Source of the DNA: Eledone cirrhosa
Lineage: Eukaryota
Direction of reading: 5' to 3'
Length of the DNA stretch: 64,000 nucleotides
NCBI GenBank assembly: GCA_964016885.1
Contig: OZ024743.1
Location: 213,776,001 to 213,840,000, forward strand
Positions 13,906-27,540 of the stretch are shown piece by piece. The first letter of the stretch is position 1. Every line of letters begins with the position of its first letter. Both the position numbers and the translations under genes were made by a program. The notes under the pieces were generated by a model that saw only the letters and a program-made list of their open reading frames with translations, was not told the DNA's origin and made no database searches.

Positions 13906-14836
13906 CGTATGTGTGTGGATGCGTGTGATACATTATATTACTATATAGTTTGAGTTATAGATGAACATTTGATGGTGTACCTTTGAAACGAACTATACTT
14001 GAATTTGAGCTCATCATATTACGCAATAAACAATTTTCTACAAAGCTTTTAATCTCATACTTAATGATTACTAATATATTTAAGCACATCGGCATCCTTT
14101 TCAAACTAAAATTAACTGAGTTCTAATTTATTACCAATAAATATATTTGAGAGTGTTTGATGTGGATGCGTACTAGCTGTGATTTCAAATTTGAGTAAAT
14201 GAAGGCAAGTAGTAGTTGTTTTTGACACCTCTTCCTTTGAACTAGTTATATGAGTTTAGGAATATAATATATCTTTTAATCTATTTATGCAGCTCATATT
14301 TATCGTAATGGCAAATTTCAAGGTAGTTTTAACATGATAGCAGAAAGCCGGATTTTGTTTCGAATTCTATCAAAATATCCCATAGCAATGATAACATTCC
14401 ATTCAAAATTCCGTCTCATACAAATTTCTATTATGCATTATTTTCCGTTTATATCTATTAGACATATAAACACATATAAATATGGTAGCTACTGTAAGCC
14501 TCAAGTAAAAGCATTCTACAGTAAATAGTTATGCGTTTGATTACACGGATGAGAGAATCATTGTATTCAAGATCGTAGCTATAAAATATTACGAACGTTA
14601 AATCAGCAAGTCGTAGCCAAGCTACAAGCAACCTAGCTGGCAATTCCATCAGGTTAAATAACATCAACAACAAAAATATTTCAAAATAATAACAAGAATG
14701 GTAAATGCAGGCGTGGTGATAATACATAAATATCCAAAAATAACAGCATTCACCCGTACACGTATTTAAGTAAGAATGAAAAAAAACTTTTCAATTCTTG
14801 CATATACAGTGATTCCTGAATGAAAATGAAAATACA

Positions 14837-14884
<48 letters not shown>

Positions 14885-14946
14885 TAGTCTTTAATTTAAG
14901 AAAAAATCAAGAAAATAAATACAAAGCGGAATTGTGGTAACTACCA

Positions 14947-15024
14947 ATCACCCAGACAACTTAGTGTTGTTTCGCAATGTTAATTGTGAATAGAATTAAC
15001 AATTCAAGCTCATCAGTGGGTGAT
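14947..15024 (-). ncRNA. Canonical type-I hammerhead ribozyme (GUC site)
   Basis: ATCACCCA-CTGATGA-GC..GC-GAAA-CAAC(actaa)GTTG-TC-TGGGTGAT. Confidence 0.9.
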
Positions 15025-15453
15025 GAATTAGTATTCTAGACACTTCTAAGTATATTAAGTAACTGAATAGTGTGCTATATATAATAGCGCACATGATATC
15101 TTAGCGTGTCTCACAAACATACACCACTAAAAATAGCAGCCAGGTTTATTCAACATTTGAAATAGCTCAACAAATTAACGGAGCCGAATATATCAAAGGT
15201 ATATATTGAGTTAGGAAATCAAAATAGTCTCTTACAACAAAATAGCTCTAAGAAAGAAATATATCCGAGCCGTATATTATCATAAAATATAAAAGAAAAA
15301 CGAAGACAGATATATATATATATGTATTCAAATCGTAAGGGACCAAATTCGCTAAGGTGAAAAGAATACTAACTATAGACAATTGGGTTTGCTTGTCTCA
15401 ATTTAAGAAAAAATCAAGAAAATAAATACAAACCGGAATTGTGGTAACTACCG

Positions 15454-15530
15454 ATCACCCAGACAACTTGGTGTTGTTTCGCAATGTTAATTGTGAATAG
15501 AATTACCAATTCAAGCTCATCAGTGGATCA
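15454..15530 (-). ncRNA. Second copy of the canonical hammerhead
   Basis: Core intact, stem I partly mutated. Confidence 0.8.
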
Positions 15531-15774
15531 TGAAATATTATCCTAGACACTTCTAAGTATATTAAGGAACTGAATAGTGTGCTATATATAATAGCGCACA
15601 TGGTATCTTAGAGTGTCTCACAAACTTACACCACTAAAACACGTATATGTATATATCTGTGTTCGTTTTTCTTTATATTCTATTATAATATACGGCTCGG
15701 AAATATCTCTTTCTTAGAGCTATTTTGTTGTAAGAGACTATTTTGAGTTCCTAACTCAATATATATACCTTTTG

Positions 15775-15809
<35 letters not shown>

Positions 15810-16897
15810 TCCTTATAAATTGGAGGAAAGAATAGATAAAAAAATATACCTACTTTTTCTTCAAAGTCCTGACTGCTGTTTTGCCGACCGACTAGTCTGC
15901 ACCAATCGTGCACCATTAAAGTACCCCATTGCTGTGAGGCTGCTGGCTCATCAAGAGACTCCTCAAGTGAACGGACTACTTCCTGAACTGATCATTACAA
16001 ATGAATAATACTTGGGAGGGAGAAATTATCACGTAGTGTAGCGGTCATAGAACTGAGGCAAAGGCTGGAAGTTCGGCGAGTACTACATTTGCTAGAAAGA
16101 GCAGCCATCAGCTGCCTGTTTAGCTCTACCATAAGGGAGTTGGAACAATGCGGTAGAAATATATAAAGAGTAAATGATGTCTAATCAAATAAAACAAATG
16201 AATGTTTTACGCAGTAAATTTCAACATAATACAGCAGGTATCTTTGATATGTGAAGCAGAAACTGTTCAAAACAAAAACAAACATTCGAAAGCATATTGG
16301 TCGAAATACGAGTTGGTAGAAAATATATTACGGAAGTTAAAGGCGGAATATTCAATCAAATTGTAATATGTTACGAACAGATAAATAGAAGAATTTATAG
16401 AAAATAATAGGATGATTTAATGATGTTTGAATCTAATGTCACAATGCTTTAAAGTCCTAAACTTTAGAAATTGTTAATACACAAATCAGAATTAACAGAT
16501 TATATGTAATCAAGAAATATGGATGTCAGATAGAGAATATTATTTGCAATTATCATAAAATATAAATATTCATGTCACAAAATCGATATTATGGTGCGAG
16601 CGATATGCTGAAGCTGAATGATTAAGAAACAGTAAAGTACTAGAACCTATTAAATTGTTCTGGTTGTACACCTCGGTGAGAAATAATAATATATATGATA
16701 TGTAGACACACATATATACGGAAAACACAACAAAGCGATACTTGCACATCAGGTGTATTTTATAACAAACTTCAGGCTGAGATATTCTAACAAAACATTG
16801 TTCACACAATTTTAAGAAACTGATGTCTTTAACATTTCGATATATATCTGTTTTCTTTGAAATACATTTGCGCACATCTATACAAACGTATAGTGTG

Positions 16898-17046
<149 letters not shown>

Positions 17047-17159
17047 TACATATACATGTGTGGGTGGGTGGGTGTGTGTTTGAGTGTGTAATGAGGTGTT
17101 GAGCAACTGGGCTTGTGTGTGAAACAGACCAGTCAGTAAAGAATGCGGTAATTATTTTC

Positions 17160-17655
17160 AATCAATCCACGTCAAGTGTATCCTTCCAATTCCGATGCAA
17201 TAGCCCATGACGAAAACATTCAATGTGAGTGTCTGATTCCGCCAAGTGTGCTATCCACTCCTATACATAATTCTCATGGGCAGGATTGATATGCGCAGCC
17301 GGGTTTGAAGTGGTTTAGAGACTGTTGGTTGTTGGTTCAGTAGACTGAAATTTACGGACGTTAAGGGACTACTTACCTAATTCATCAGAAGTTGAACTTC
17401 TATTTGCATTTGAGAAGTTAACTGGCGAGTGCTGTACGGCAGAAATAAAAATCAGGTCTGCATAGACTGAGACACATTCTTTTGCACAGTATTGCAGTGC
17501 ACTCTACATGTGATTAGAGTTCCAAGATGGTTGGATAACACCTTTGCGCTCGGTTGGTTTCAATTGTGAATCGAGTAGGGTGATTTGGAGTAGTTTGCCC
17601 TCTGAGAGAACTCACTAAAAGGCGATCCTGAAGACTCAGCCTCCACGGCTCTCCC

Positions 17656-17685
<30 letters not shown>
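17160..17685 (+). mobile_element. Degenerate LINE 3' fragment with (GAA)n tail
   Basis: GC-richer island ending in (GAA)n. Confidence 0.45.
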
Positions 17686-17686
<1 letters not shown>

Positions 17687-18261
17687 TTACAAAATTAAAT
17701 TCTCTATAAATTAGATATTATTTATACTGATTATTAAGCTATTAACAGTTTTGTATATTATTATTATTTATGTGTACGTCGGCTTTCGTACGAGAAATCT
17801 TTTGAAATAAAAAGAAATTAAACATAACAAAATAAAGAATCGATTAAGTTAATTAAGTTTATATCTTTTGTTTATGGTATAGATAGTATTGCATTAGTTA
17901 ATTCCTTAGTTACAAATTGTTTATTATATTGTTTCTGATATTCCTGTAATTTTAGTTAAAGCTGGCATTTTCCATATAGTTTTTAGTAAATATAATTAAA
18001 TCATACGTTCTAAGTACAATATATCTTTTACTAGATGTTTTACTATATGTATTCCCCTCTCTATATATTCTAATGTCATATTTAATTATCTTGATTTATT
18101 GCTCATGTTTCATTTAGTGTATCATAATCGGTAAATATTTTATTGAGGATTCGAACGTAAATTCTATATTCTTAATTTTGTAATGTTCTTTCATTTTAAT
18201 TTTCTCTTACGTTGAGAGTAAATGTTCTAGTAATTTGGAATACTGCGTGTAAAGGTATATA

Positions 18262-18453
18262 AATAATTGTTTCTACTTTTGGCACAAGGCCAGTAGTGAT
18301 CCCAGTGTATTACTGATACTTTATTTTATCGCCTGTAAGGATGAAAGGCAAAGTTAATCTTGGCGGTATTTGAACTCAGACCGTAAAGGGCCGTAATTCT
18401 TTGCTGCAAAGCATGGCGTCCGAAACTCCACCTATACTGCCAATCCACCACCC
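18262..18453 (-). mobile_element. SINE copy with TSD
   Basis: Flanks TAAAGGTATATAAATAAT / TAAATGTATATAAATAAT. Confidence 0.9.
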
Positions 18454-18623
18454 TAAATGTATATAAATAATGGCATCTGGTTTATCATATATATTCTAAT
18501 GAGAATATTCCCGTTAACGGTATCTTTTCGTCGATCATTTCAGTACTCTCTGGTGACGCAAATACAAAAATAAAAAACACATATTCAAAGAACGGATTGT
18601 AATACATACCCATACGAATTATA

Positions 18624-18833
18624 CGCGGTTCAGCTGAAAAGTTATTAGGCTTAAACGTTCAGATTATGAACATGATTCTCTCAAGGAATGACTCAATGAG
18701 GTTTATTTTCCAACATATTACCTGAAAAGAAACTATGCAGTTATTTAGAAGAGTTGAAATTAATGCATACAAGATTTCATAGCTCTGGTATCATTTCTTT
18801 ATAGTTAGCCTAAGAACATTTCAGCCTACTCTG
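18624..18833. mobile_element. Mariner-derived MITE (relative of 4217-4430)
   Basis: CGCGGTTCAGCTGAAAAGTT ... AACATTTCAGCCTACTCTG. Confidence 0.55.
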
Positions 18834-19013
18834 TTTATACTGCTAACGGAGGGTGGGTTAGGTATTATATTTCTTTTTTTTTTCTTTTCTTTTGTTTATT
18901 TTCGCTGATACATATGTTAGAAGAGGAACATGACAACATGAACGACACCACAAAACTCCGTTTTGAAAATTTTGAAAGTAGGTTTATAAGTATGAATTTT
19001 CATAAGATTTTCA

Positions 19014-19185
19014 GAGTCGTCTCTGTGGTCTAGCGGTAGGTACTAGAGACGGTGGAGATTCTCACCATGGGTTCGATCCTGGTCAAGCTGTACATGTAAG
19101 CTTTTTCAGTTTTTATTTTACGACCAATATAATAAAAACTGAAAAGTTTTACCTGGAACCCTACTCACGACCAGGATCGAACTTC
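19014..19185 (+). other. tRNA-like Pol III head (second SINE type or tRNA pseudogene) with partial fold-back
   Basis: A box GTGGTCTAGCGG, B box GGTTCGATCC. 19133-19182 partly inverts 19070-19116. Confidence 0.5.
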
Positions 19186-19264
19186 AAAACAAGAGCTATT
19201 AATCATATTTAGGGTCGACTTGTCAATCTTCAGGCTCTTTGGTAACAACTTATTATTCTTATGT

Positions 19265-19460
19265 GTGGTGGATTGGCAATATCGGTAGAGGGTCGGGCGC
19301 CATGCTTTGCAGCAAAGAGTTACGGCCGTTTATGGTCTGAGTTCAAACCCCGCCGATGTTAACTTTGCCTTTCATCCTAACGGGGTCGATAAAGTAATAT
19401 ACCAATAATACACTGAGATAATTGCTGGCCTTGTGCCAAAAGTAGAAACAATTATTATTC
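19265..19460 (+). mobile_element. SINE copy with TSD
   Basis: Flanks ATTATTCTTATGTGTG / ATTATTCCTATGTGTG. Confidence 0.9.
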
Positions 19461-19511
19461 CTATGTGTGTTTAACTGTTGAATTAATTTAATTTGATTAT
19501 TTTAGCAAACA

Positions 19512-19558
<47 letters not shown>

Positions 19559-19787
19559 TTAATAACTCGCGAAGTATAGGAAGAGCATCTGTGAAGGTAA
19601 ATTAAATGTTATTCAGGAAGTTTCTTGTAATCAATTGAAGGTGGTAAAAATGTTTAATTAGACTTAAATGTATCAATTTTAGAGATGTTTGTTTTCTTGG
19701 ATTAAAGTATAAGAGATTGAAATTTAATTCCCAGCGTTCCAATTTTATTTTCAATTTGTATGGAATTATACCCCTCTTTCTAACTGT

Positions 19788-19918
<131 letters not shown>

Positions 19919-20135
19919 CATACTTATATACATATCCGTATGTGGTTGATGACTGAGAGAAAAATTACTCAACCCCGAAATAGAGTTTAAATATTCATTT
20001 TAAGAAGGTTAAATCGTGAGATTAGATTGGTGTTTCGCCTGATGTCCCTGTGATAAACAGGTGAAACGCTAGAGTAACAAGACTCACTATTTACACTTAT
20101 TAAAATGAATATTGAAACTTTGAAACTATACTTTG

Positions 20136-20229
<94 letters not shown>

Positions 20230-20634
20230 GCACACACACACACACGCACATCCACACACATACACACACACACGCACTCACACACACACACAACACAGAC
20301 ACACACACACATTTGTACATCTGTGAATTAGAGCCGGACTTGAGGAAAAGTACTCAGTACCGAATATAGAGTTTAAATACCGAAATAGAGTTTAAATATT
20401 CATTTAATATGGCTACGTGGTGAGCGTCGTTACTCTGGAGTTTCACCTGAGCACTCGCAGGATCATCAGACAAGGCTTGTCGACTTATCTGGTGACTCCA
20501 GGTGATAAGACTTCAGGTAATACTCCAGAGCAAAAAGGCTCACTATTGAGCCATATTGTGTGTGTGTATATATGTGTGTGTGTATGCATACATGCACTCA
20601 CATGTATATTATATAATTATATGAATATCTTTCT

Positions 20635-22355
20635 TCAGTAGGACAAGAGAGACTACATCGAAAACCTGGCCAGTCAAGCAGAGAAAGCAGCAGGACAGTG
20701 GAACCTGAAAGACCTGTATCAAGTGAGCAAAAAGCTAGCGGACAAATTCTAGCGGACAAAGAAGCCAGTGAAGGACAAGAACGGGGACCCATTAACAACA
20801 ACCGAGGAAGAATTGAAACGATGGACAGAGCAATTCATGTGGCTGCTGAACTATCCTACCCCTAAAGTACCACCAGATATACCTCCAGCAGAGAATCAAC
20901 TACATATCGCCTGTGACAAACCCTAAAAAATTAAGAAAGCCATCCAGACAGTTAAAATGTAAAAGCGTTAAGGCTGGACGAAATAACAGCAAAAGCCATC
21001 CAAACAGGCAATGAGAGCTGTCAAGATGCTACATAACTTCTTCGGTAAGATCTGGGAGAAGAAATGTCCCGATCCCGTGGAAGGAAGGGATCATCATCGT
21101 ACTACCGAAGAAACGTGACCTCAGGGACTGCAGCAATAAACGAGCGATAATGATCCTGTCTGTACCGAGCAAGATTCTTAACAGAGTACCACTGGAGAGT
21201 AAATAGTCGACTTCAAGTCGACCAGCATCGGCATGTGGGATTCCACAGGAACAGATCCTGTGCTGATCAGATCACCAACCTATGCATCACTATACATCAA
21301 CCTCATAGACTACGAGAAAGCGTGGAAAGAGACACTGTAGAAGTTGCTGATGCACTCCGGAGTACCTGGAAAGTTTATAGTCCTCATGCTGAATACTTAT
21401 CAAAACATGAACTTTAAGGTCACCCTCGCCGGCCAACTGTCAATTAGTCTCAAGTTGTAGACTGGAGTTTGTCAAGAGTGCTTGCTGTTACCGTTTCTCT
21501 ATTTTCTTCTGGCCATTGGCTGGATAATGAAAACCACTACAACAGACATGAATAATGGTAAACAGTGGACACGCAGGACACAACAGGATGAACTCGATTT
21601 TGACGTGGCACTCTTCTTAAACAGTTACGACCAGATACAGGACAAGTCCTCACGTTTGCAGACCACGTTAGACGGAACAGGATTCAATGTAAACAAGAAA
21701 AATACCGAGCTGAAGAAGATCAACACCACTGCAAATATATCAGTCAAAGTCGGTGGAGAGCTCATCAGATAGGTGGAATCATTTGTCTATCTGGGAATTG
21801 TGATCAACATAGTGTGGGCAGAAACGAACGACCGAGATGATATAGCCAGGATTGGCAAGGCAAGAGCAGCTTTTATCATGCTAAAGAACATCTGCACATC
21901 AAAAAAGATCTGTCCAAAAACTAAACTTCGCATCTTCGACTACAACACGAAGACAGTACTGCTGTACGGATGTAAAACCTGGAGGACGACAAAGAAGATG
22001 CAGCAGACGATCCAGCCATTCTTCTACACTTGTCTAAGGCGCATCTACAACATCAAATGCCCGGAGAAAATCAAAGACGAACATTTATGAGAGCGATCGG
22101 AGCACGAACAAGTGACAAAGCAGATTCTGAGGAGGAAGTGGAGCAGGATACCCTCAGGAAACTAGCATCCAGCTCCACATGCCAAGCCCTAACATGGAAG
22201 CCGCAGGGTTAGAGGAAGAGAGACAGGTCCGGCAGCAGCGGCATACCTGACACTGGGGCTGAATTAAGAAAACTGGAAGCCAACAGGATCGTGTACGATG
22301 GCAAAGGGTTGTCAATGGCCCTATTTTCCACAGAGCGATGGGGTTGAAGAAACTT
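20635..22355 (+). mobile_element. Decayed RTE-clade LINE (RT region to 3' end)
   Basis: Fragments GFHRNRSCADQI, IDYEK, LLPFL..LLAIGWIM, FVYLG, ARIGKARAAF, KLRIF..KTVLLYGCKTW, ALTWKPQG. Confidence 0.88.
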
Positions 22356-22798
22356 ATTTAGTATAAGGAAAGTAAAATCGTCCCTGATTATAGACTTATA
22401 TATTGTGTTTGACAAGACAATGGCATTGTTATTTCTATAATACCAACTAAGTTATTTTCGTCACGTGATTTCAACAGTATATAAATTATGAATGCAAATA
22501 TCAATAATTTGTAAAGCATTGTTTTGTAATATGTTATGACATTTGAGTTAGCTTTCATTTTAAAAAAGGTTCTCTCTTAGCAGTAGTAAAATATGTAGTC
22601 ATTTTCCGTTAGGCAGTTACAACTTTGGTATTATTTAGTTATGTGTGCATTTACACACACTGAAACACACACATCACATATGTGTGTGTATAAATATATA
22701 GGTATATATGTCGGATTACATATAAGTATATATATATATATATATATAAAATAAGATAACAGGAGGCTGGACTGGTGTAAATCCTTGAAAGGTATATT

Positions 22799-22856
22799 AT
22801 ACTATGATCATTTCAATGACCGGGTTCCATATGAATCCGGTGATATCATCAGATAT
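22799..22856 (-). ncRNA. Type-I hammerhead at the end of a ~1.5-kb (TA)n-adjacent element
   Basis: ATAT-CTGATGA-(ACCGGATTC..GAACCCGGT stem II)-GAAA-TGATCA-TA-GTAT. Confidence 0.65.
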
Positions 22857-24314
22857 TGGAATATGGCAAAGGAATATGTAAAAAACCATGGGTCCGAAAA
22901 ATCAGAGACAGAGACAAAGAGGACGACCAACTAGCTGCCTTCACCGCGGCCAGTCGCCATCAAAGTGATGGCAACTGAATCTACTAATGACCATCTGGAG
23001 AGGGGGTGAAGGCTTATAATGCACTACCACCTCTCCGTCAAAGAAAAAGGGGAAGAAAGAAAGGAAGAAAGAAGAAAAAAGGAAGAAATAAGTCAGCGTA
23101 AGGGTCACACTACATTCATGCTAGAAAATGCCGCGAAAAATGCTACTCCAAAGAATCTATATGGTCTAATGTGTGAACCGAAAATTGGAACGTTAAAGTT
23201 ATGTTGCTAGTTATAGGATGAAATTAAATTAAATTAAAAATATTAAATTGCAAAATGATAAATTGAAAAATAAATTATTAAAAAATTAAAAGTTAAGGTA
23301 GCGAGATTTATTTAATGAACTTACGGAGAGAATCTTATATGAAAAAATTTATCTCGATAAGATATTAGGATGGGATATACAGTAAAGATTTCGATTGCGA
23401 GTCCCAGCCAGCACCCCACAACCATGAGTCAGCCAGTTTCGAATGGTATCGTCCAGCGAAAGAAATGGAAATTAATTTTTCCGAGTACTCTAGGAACGTA
23501 GCTACTTTAGGCCCCGGGAGTGTTGGCGGGAAGTCTACTATTTCGACAGGTCATCGTCTATACCAAATGAATATTATTAAATCACACATGAGGGGTTTAT
23601 GTACGTGCCAGTAGAGGCATGATACAGCTAACAGTTATGCCTAAACCTGGAGTTTATAGGTATAAGTATAATATGGCGGCCAAAATAGGCGGCGCGGTGG
23701 GACCGGGGCAAAGCAAGCCGCTTCGAGTAATTTCGTTTACCGAAAGAGGAGAAATTTATTGGCTGAACTTTCCGAGTGCCCAGCGTGAAACCGGGAAAAG
23801 TCACCACATAAGTCGAAGGTAGCAACCCAATGAAAAGTGCAAATAGACCATAATTATTTAAAAGTCCCAGTTAGTCCGATTTATAAGTAGTGTGGTTCTT
23901 TGGTGGGTAGGGGGCTATGAAAGGTGCATAATGACCTGAGTAAGGAAAGTTAAAAAAGAAAATAATAAAAGCAGGATACAAAGATAAAATACAAATATAA
24001 AGATAAAATACATTGATAAAAATACATTAATAAATTAATAAATTAATAAAAAATTAATAAACGTAAATAACTAGGGATGTAGACACTGAAGTATATAAGA
24101 ACGTATCGGAGGAATCACAGTGTAGGGGAAATACAATATAGATCAAGTTGTAATAAGATAATACAGGTTGTACATATAGATATAGAGGATGGAAGAGATG
24201 GAATGGTAACAGGTGGTACCTAGTGTAAAGTTCGGGTCTCTGAATTCAGTGTGAGTCACAAAAAAGTCCTGAGATATAGAGTAGAGAATTCAGTCAATAC
24301 AATACATATTTTAA

Positions 24315-24502
24315 TATAATTGTTTCTACTTTTAGCACAAGGCCAGCAATTACCCAGTACATTACTGGTACTTTATTTTATCGACCCCGTAAGGATGAAA
24401 GGCAAAGTTAACTTCGACGGGATTTGAACTCAAACCGTAAAGGGACGTAACTATGCTAGAAACCATGGCGTCCAACCCTCTACTGATACTGCCAATTCAC
24501 CA
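24315..24502 (-). mobile_element. SINE copy
   Basis: Matches the SINE consensus. Confidence 0.88.
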
Positions 24503-24596
24503 ATACGTAGAGTTTTGTCGGAATCGGAATCATCCCGACAAGGAAGTAGTATCAGGTGGCGGTAGATAAAGCACAGAGCAGCCATAATCTCTCTCT

Positions 24597-24681
<85 letters not shown>

Positions 24682-24685
24682 TATA

Positions 24686-24805
<120 letters not shown>

Positions 24806-24833
24806 TATATATATATATTTATATATCTCTCTC

Positions 24834-24878
<45 letters not shown>

Positions 24879-24885
24879 CTCTCTC

Positions 24886-24969
<84 letters not shown>

Positions 24970-24997
24970 TATATATATATATTTATATATCTCTCTC

Positions 24998-25054
<57 letters not shown>

Positions 25055-25056
<2 letters not shown>

Positions 25057-26557
25057 TAATAAAAACAATGAAATAAAAACAGGTTCCTGTATTGAAAAAA
25101 TCATCATTTTACGATCGTTTCTGGGATATATATGTGTGAGTTGGTATGTATCTCATATTAAAGATATATTTAAAAATATATTACAAATTATCAGAGGAGA
25201 TATACATGCCTTCACCTATAAATGCCATCTTCAGTATTAATACAAAAAGTCTGTTTGGGAACAGGTTTTGAATTGACAAATAGAAAAGAGTTACAGGTCA
25301 AGTTGATAGAATAACAGTAGTAGAATTTTATGTTAGGAGTGGAGGAGTGTAAATTTAAGCTTTGAATGAAAATAATACAATGAGTAAGGAAAATATAGGG
25401 GTTAAAATAAGGTCAACTTAATGAGATAGTGAAGGATTCCCCAAAAGATTTATGTTATTAAAGAATGCTGTTAAAAGCTAAGGGAAAATAATTTTTTGTC
25501 GGATGAGAATGTTAGTGAGAAATATAACTTCTGTTTAAGGAATGTAGATACATAAAGGAATCTAGATACATAAAAGGAATCTTGATACATAAAAGGAAAT
25601 TAAATTAATTGATAGGTAAACTTACAGTGTTAAAATTACATTAATTCTTATGAATGTGAAAAATAAGAAGTACAAAAATAAAAAAAATAAAAAAATATAT
25701 ATAGAAAGACTGAAACAGATAACATTTTATAAAAAGTAGTGTATCTATCTATGTAAACATCTATAATATTAAAGATATTAATTATATTTACTAATTCTAG
25801 GTATTAAATGTGATAGATAGGGAATGCGGTTAAAAGAAGTAGTGAGGTTAAAGATAACTTTAGGTAAAGTGAGTTGCAAAATATGAGAGTGAGGTGTATA
25901 TTAATTAAGTTTATAATATTTGAAGGTTTTTCTAATTCTATGATTGCATGATATAAATTAACTCCTGTCGCTTATTTAATAGGATATCATTAGATTTCAT
26001 GATTTCAAATAGTTCTTGGGAACATAACCTACACTCATATCTGCTATTTTGATAAGGGTGGCATTTTTGAGCACGCTCCGGGTCAGGTTGTAATCAATAT
26101 CCTTCTTATGGATTTTTTTACACTTATACGTGTTGTAAGTACTTATATTCTGTTGTATATTCTTGGTAGTGGAGTAGGAAAATTTGACAGTAGATCTATT
26201 TAAAATTTGATGGTATTTATGGTTTGGTGGGAAGTTTTTCTCTAGGATAGCAAAGAAGTTTTTAGGGATATGGTCTTTAATCTGTAGATTAAATGGAGCA
26301 TTATACCAAGTAACCCGTCTATTACGGTTTCGACATTGTTTCTTATATGTATATGATGTATCGGGAAGTTTACTGAGAGAGTTACTATTATTAGTGATTT
26401 TATTATATATAGGTTTAGTTAGATTAATTGATGTTTTAGTCTGATTACTAGGAATTTTGTTAGTTATGATGTTGACATATGTAAGAGTATTAGGGTGAAT
26501 GGTTTTTTGAAAGTCATTATCTTTTATGTGAGAAGAGGTAGAGAAATTAATTTTCAA
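25055..26557 (-). mobile_element. Penelope-like element fragment (linker + EN C-terminus + 3' UTR), GIY-YIG core deleted
   Basis: RRVTWYNAPFN..FFAILEKNFPPNHKYHQILNRSTVKFSYSTTKNI aligns with the 28323 ORF. After a frameshift, CRLCSQELFEIMKSNDILLNKRQE follows. Confidence 0.85.
25105..25240 (-). ncRNA. Degenerate hammerhead with long stem II
   Basis: CTGAAGA-TGG..(~100 nt)..CCA-GAAA-CGATCG-TA; stem I weak. Confidence 0.45.
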
Positions 26558-26882
26558 AAGGATCTCGATTCGATCTTATTGGAGCTAAAAAAATCTAGTA
26601 AAGTCCACGTCCTCTCTGACAAAACTGGAAATCTATACCACATGGATATTGATAATTATAATGAGTTCATTTAAAAAGAACTCAGGAAAAATTATTAAAA
26701 AAAAATAATGCGGCTCTTACCAATATCAACAACAAAACATACAACATGGTAAATGAACTCAATATTGAAGACAGAACTGAACCCTTGGCACTGAAAAAAA
26801 ACCATTTTAACCTGAAGGATCATAAAGTTAATTTCAACTCTAATCCTTCTATAAGACTTATATGCCCCTCCAAATCAGACAT
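26558..26882 (+). pseudogene. Inverted PLE N-terminal RT fragment
   Basis: DKTGNLYHM..LKDHKVNFNSNPSIRLICPSKSDI, typical of the PLE RT N-terminus. Confidence 0.8.
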
Positions 26883-26884
26883 AG

Positions 26885-27440
26885 TATGTATATGTATACA
26901 TACATACATACTACTGTGCGTCTGTACACATATATGTATGTACGTATACATACTTATGTTTAGGTATCACCCGTACTAAGAGTGAGAAATGAAATTTCGT
27001 TTCATTCTGTTCCATTTATCGTTTTCGGTATGCCCGGCCGACTAACTCACTCGATATGCGAATTAGGCCGCTCGGCCATTAATATGCATAAGGAAAGTAT
27101 ATACTTTCAGACTTTCAATCATCTGACAGAAAGGTATACGATGCTGACGATAGCTAATAAGCTTGAAACTAGTACATCGTTCCTGTGTCAGTGTTGAACA
27201 AAAGGGAGATAATGGTTGCCGAGCACTGTACCGCGTGATTCGGGCAGTTTGTTTTGAAACAAACCCAGCATTTTAATAAATGTTCGGTAAACCCATACGT
27301 ACATATATATATGTGTGCATGTATGTATATATATACATACTACTGTGCGTCTGTACACATATATGTATGTACATATACATACTTATATTTAGGTATCAGC
27401 CGTACTAAGAGTGAGAAATGAAATTTCGTTTCATTCTTTT

Positions 27441-27443
<3 letters not shown>
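26885..27443 (+). mobile_element. HHR-bearing tandem element (~429-bp period)
   Basis: Direct repeat starts at 26911 and 27340. Same family as 50128-51400. Confidence 0.8.
27138..27180 (+). ncRNA. Minimal type-I hammerhead ribozyme
   Basis: ACGATG-CTGACGA-TAGCTaataAGCTT-GAAA-CTAG-TA-CATCGT. Confidence 0.88.
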
Positions 27444-27466
<23 letters not shown>

Positions 27467-27471
<5 letters not shown>

Positions 27472-27540
27472 CGATATTAATAAATGGAAACTATATTTAT
27501 AAAACCATAAATATAGTTTCCATTTATTAATATCGTATAT
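27467..27540. repeat. Short perfect fold-back of an element end also present at 38078
   Basis: ACGATATTAATAAATGGAAACTATATTTAT-aaaacc-ATAAATATAGTTTCCATTTATTAATATCGT. Confidence 0.8.

Larger units (their letters stand above)
14893..15778 (-). mobile_element. Retrozyme-like element: 507-bp tandem unit (1.5 copies) plus inverted tail, flanked by (TA)n
   Basis: Units start at 14893 and 15400. ~15640-15778 is an inverted copy of ~15190-15325. Each unit holds an HHR. Confidence 0.8.
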
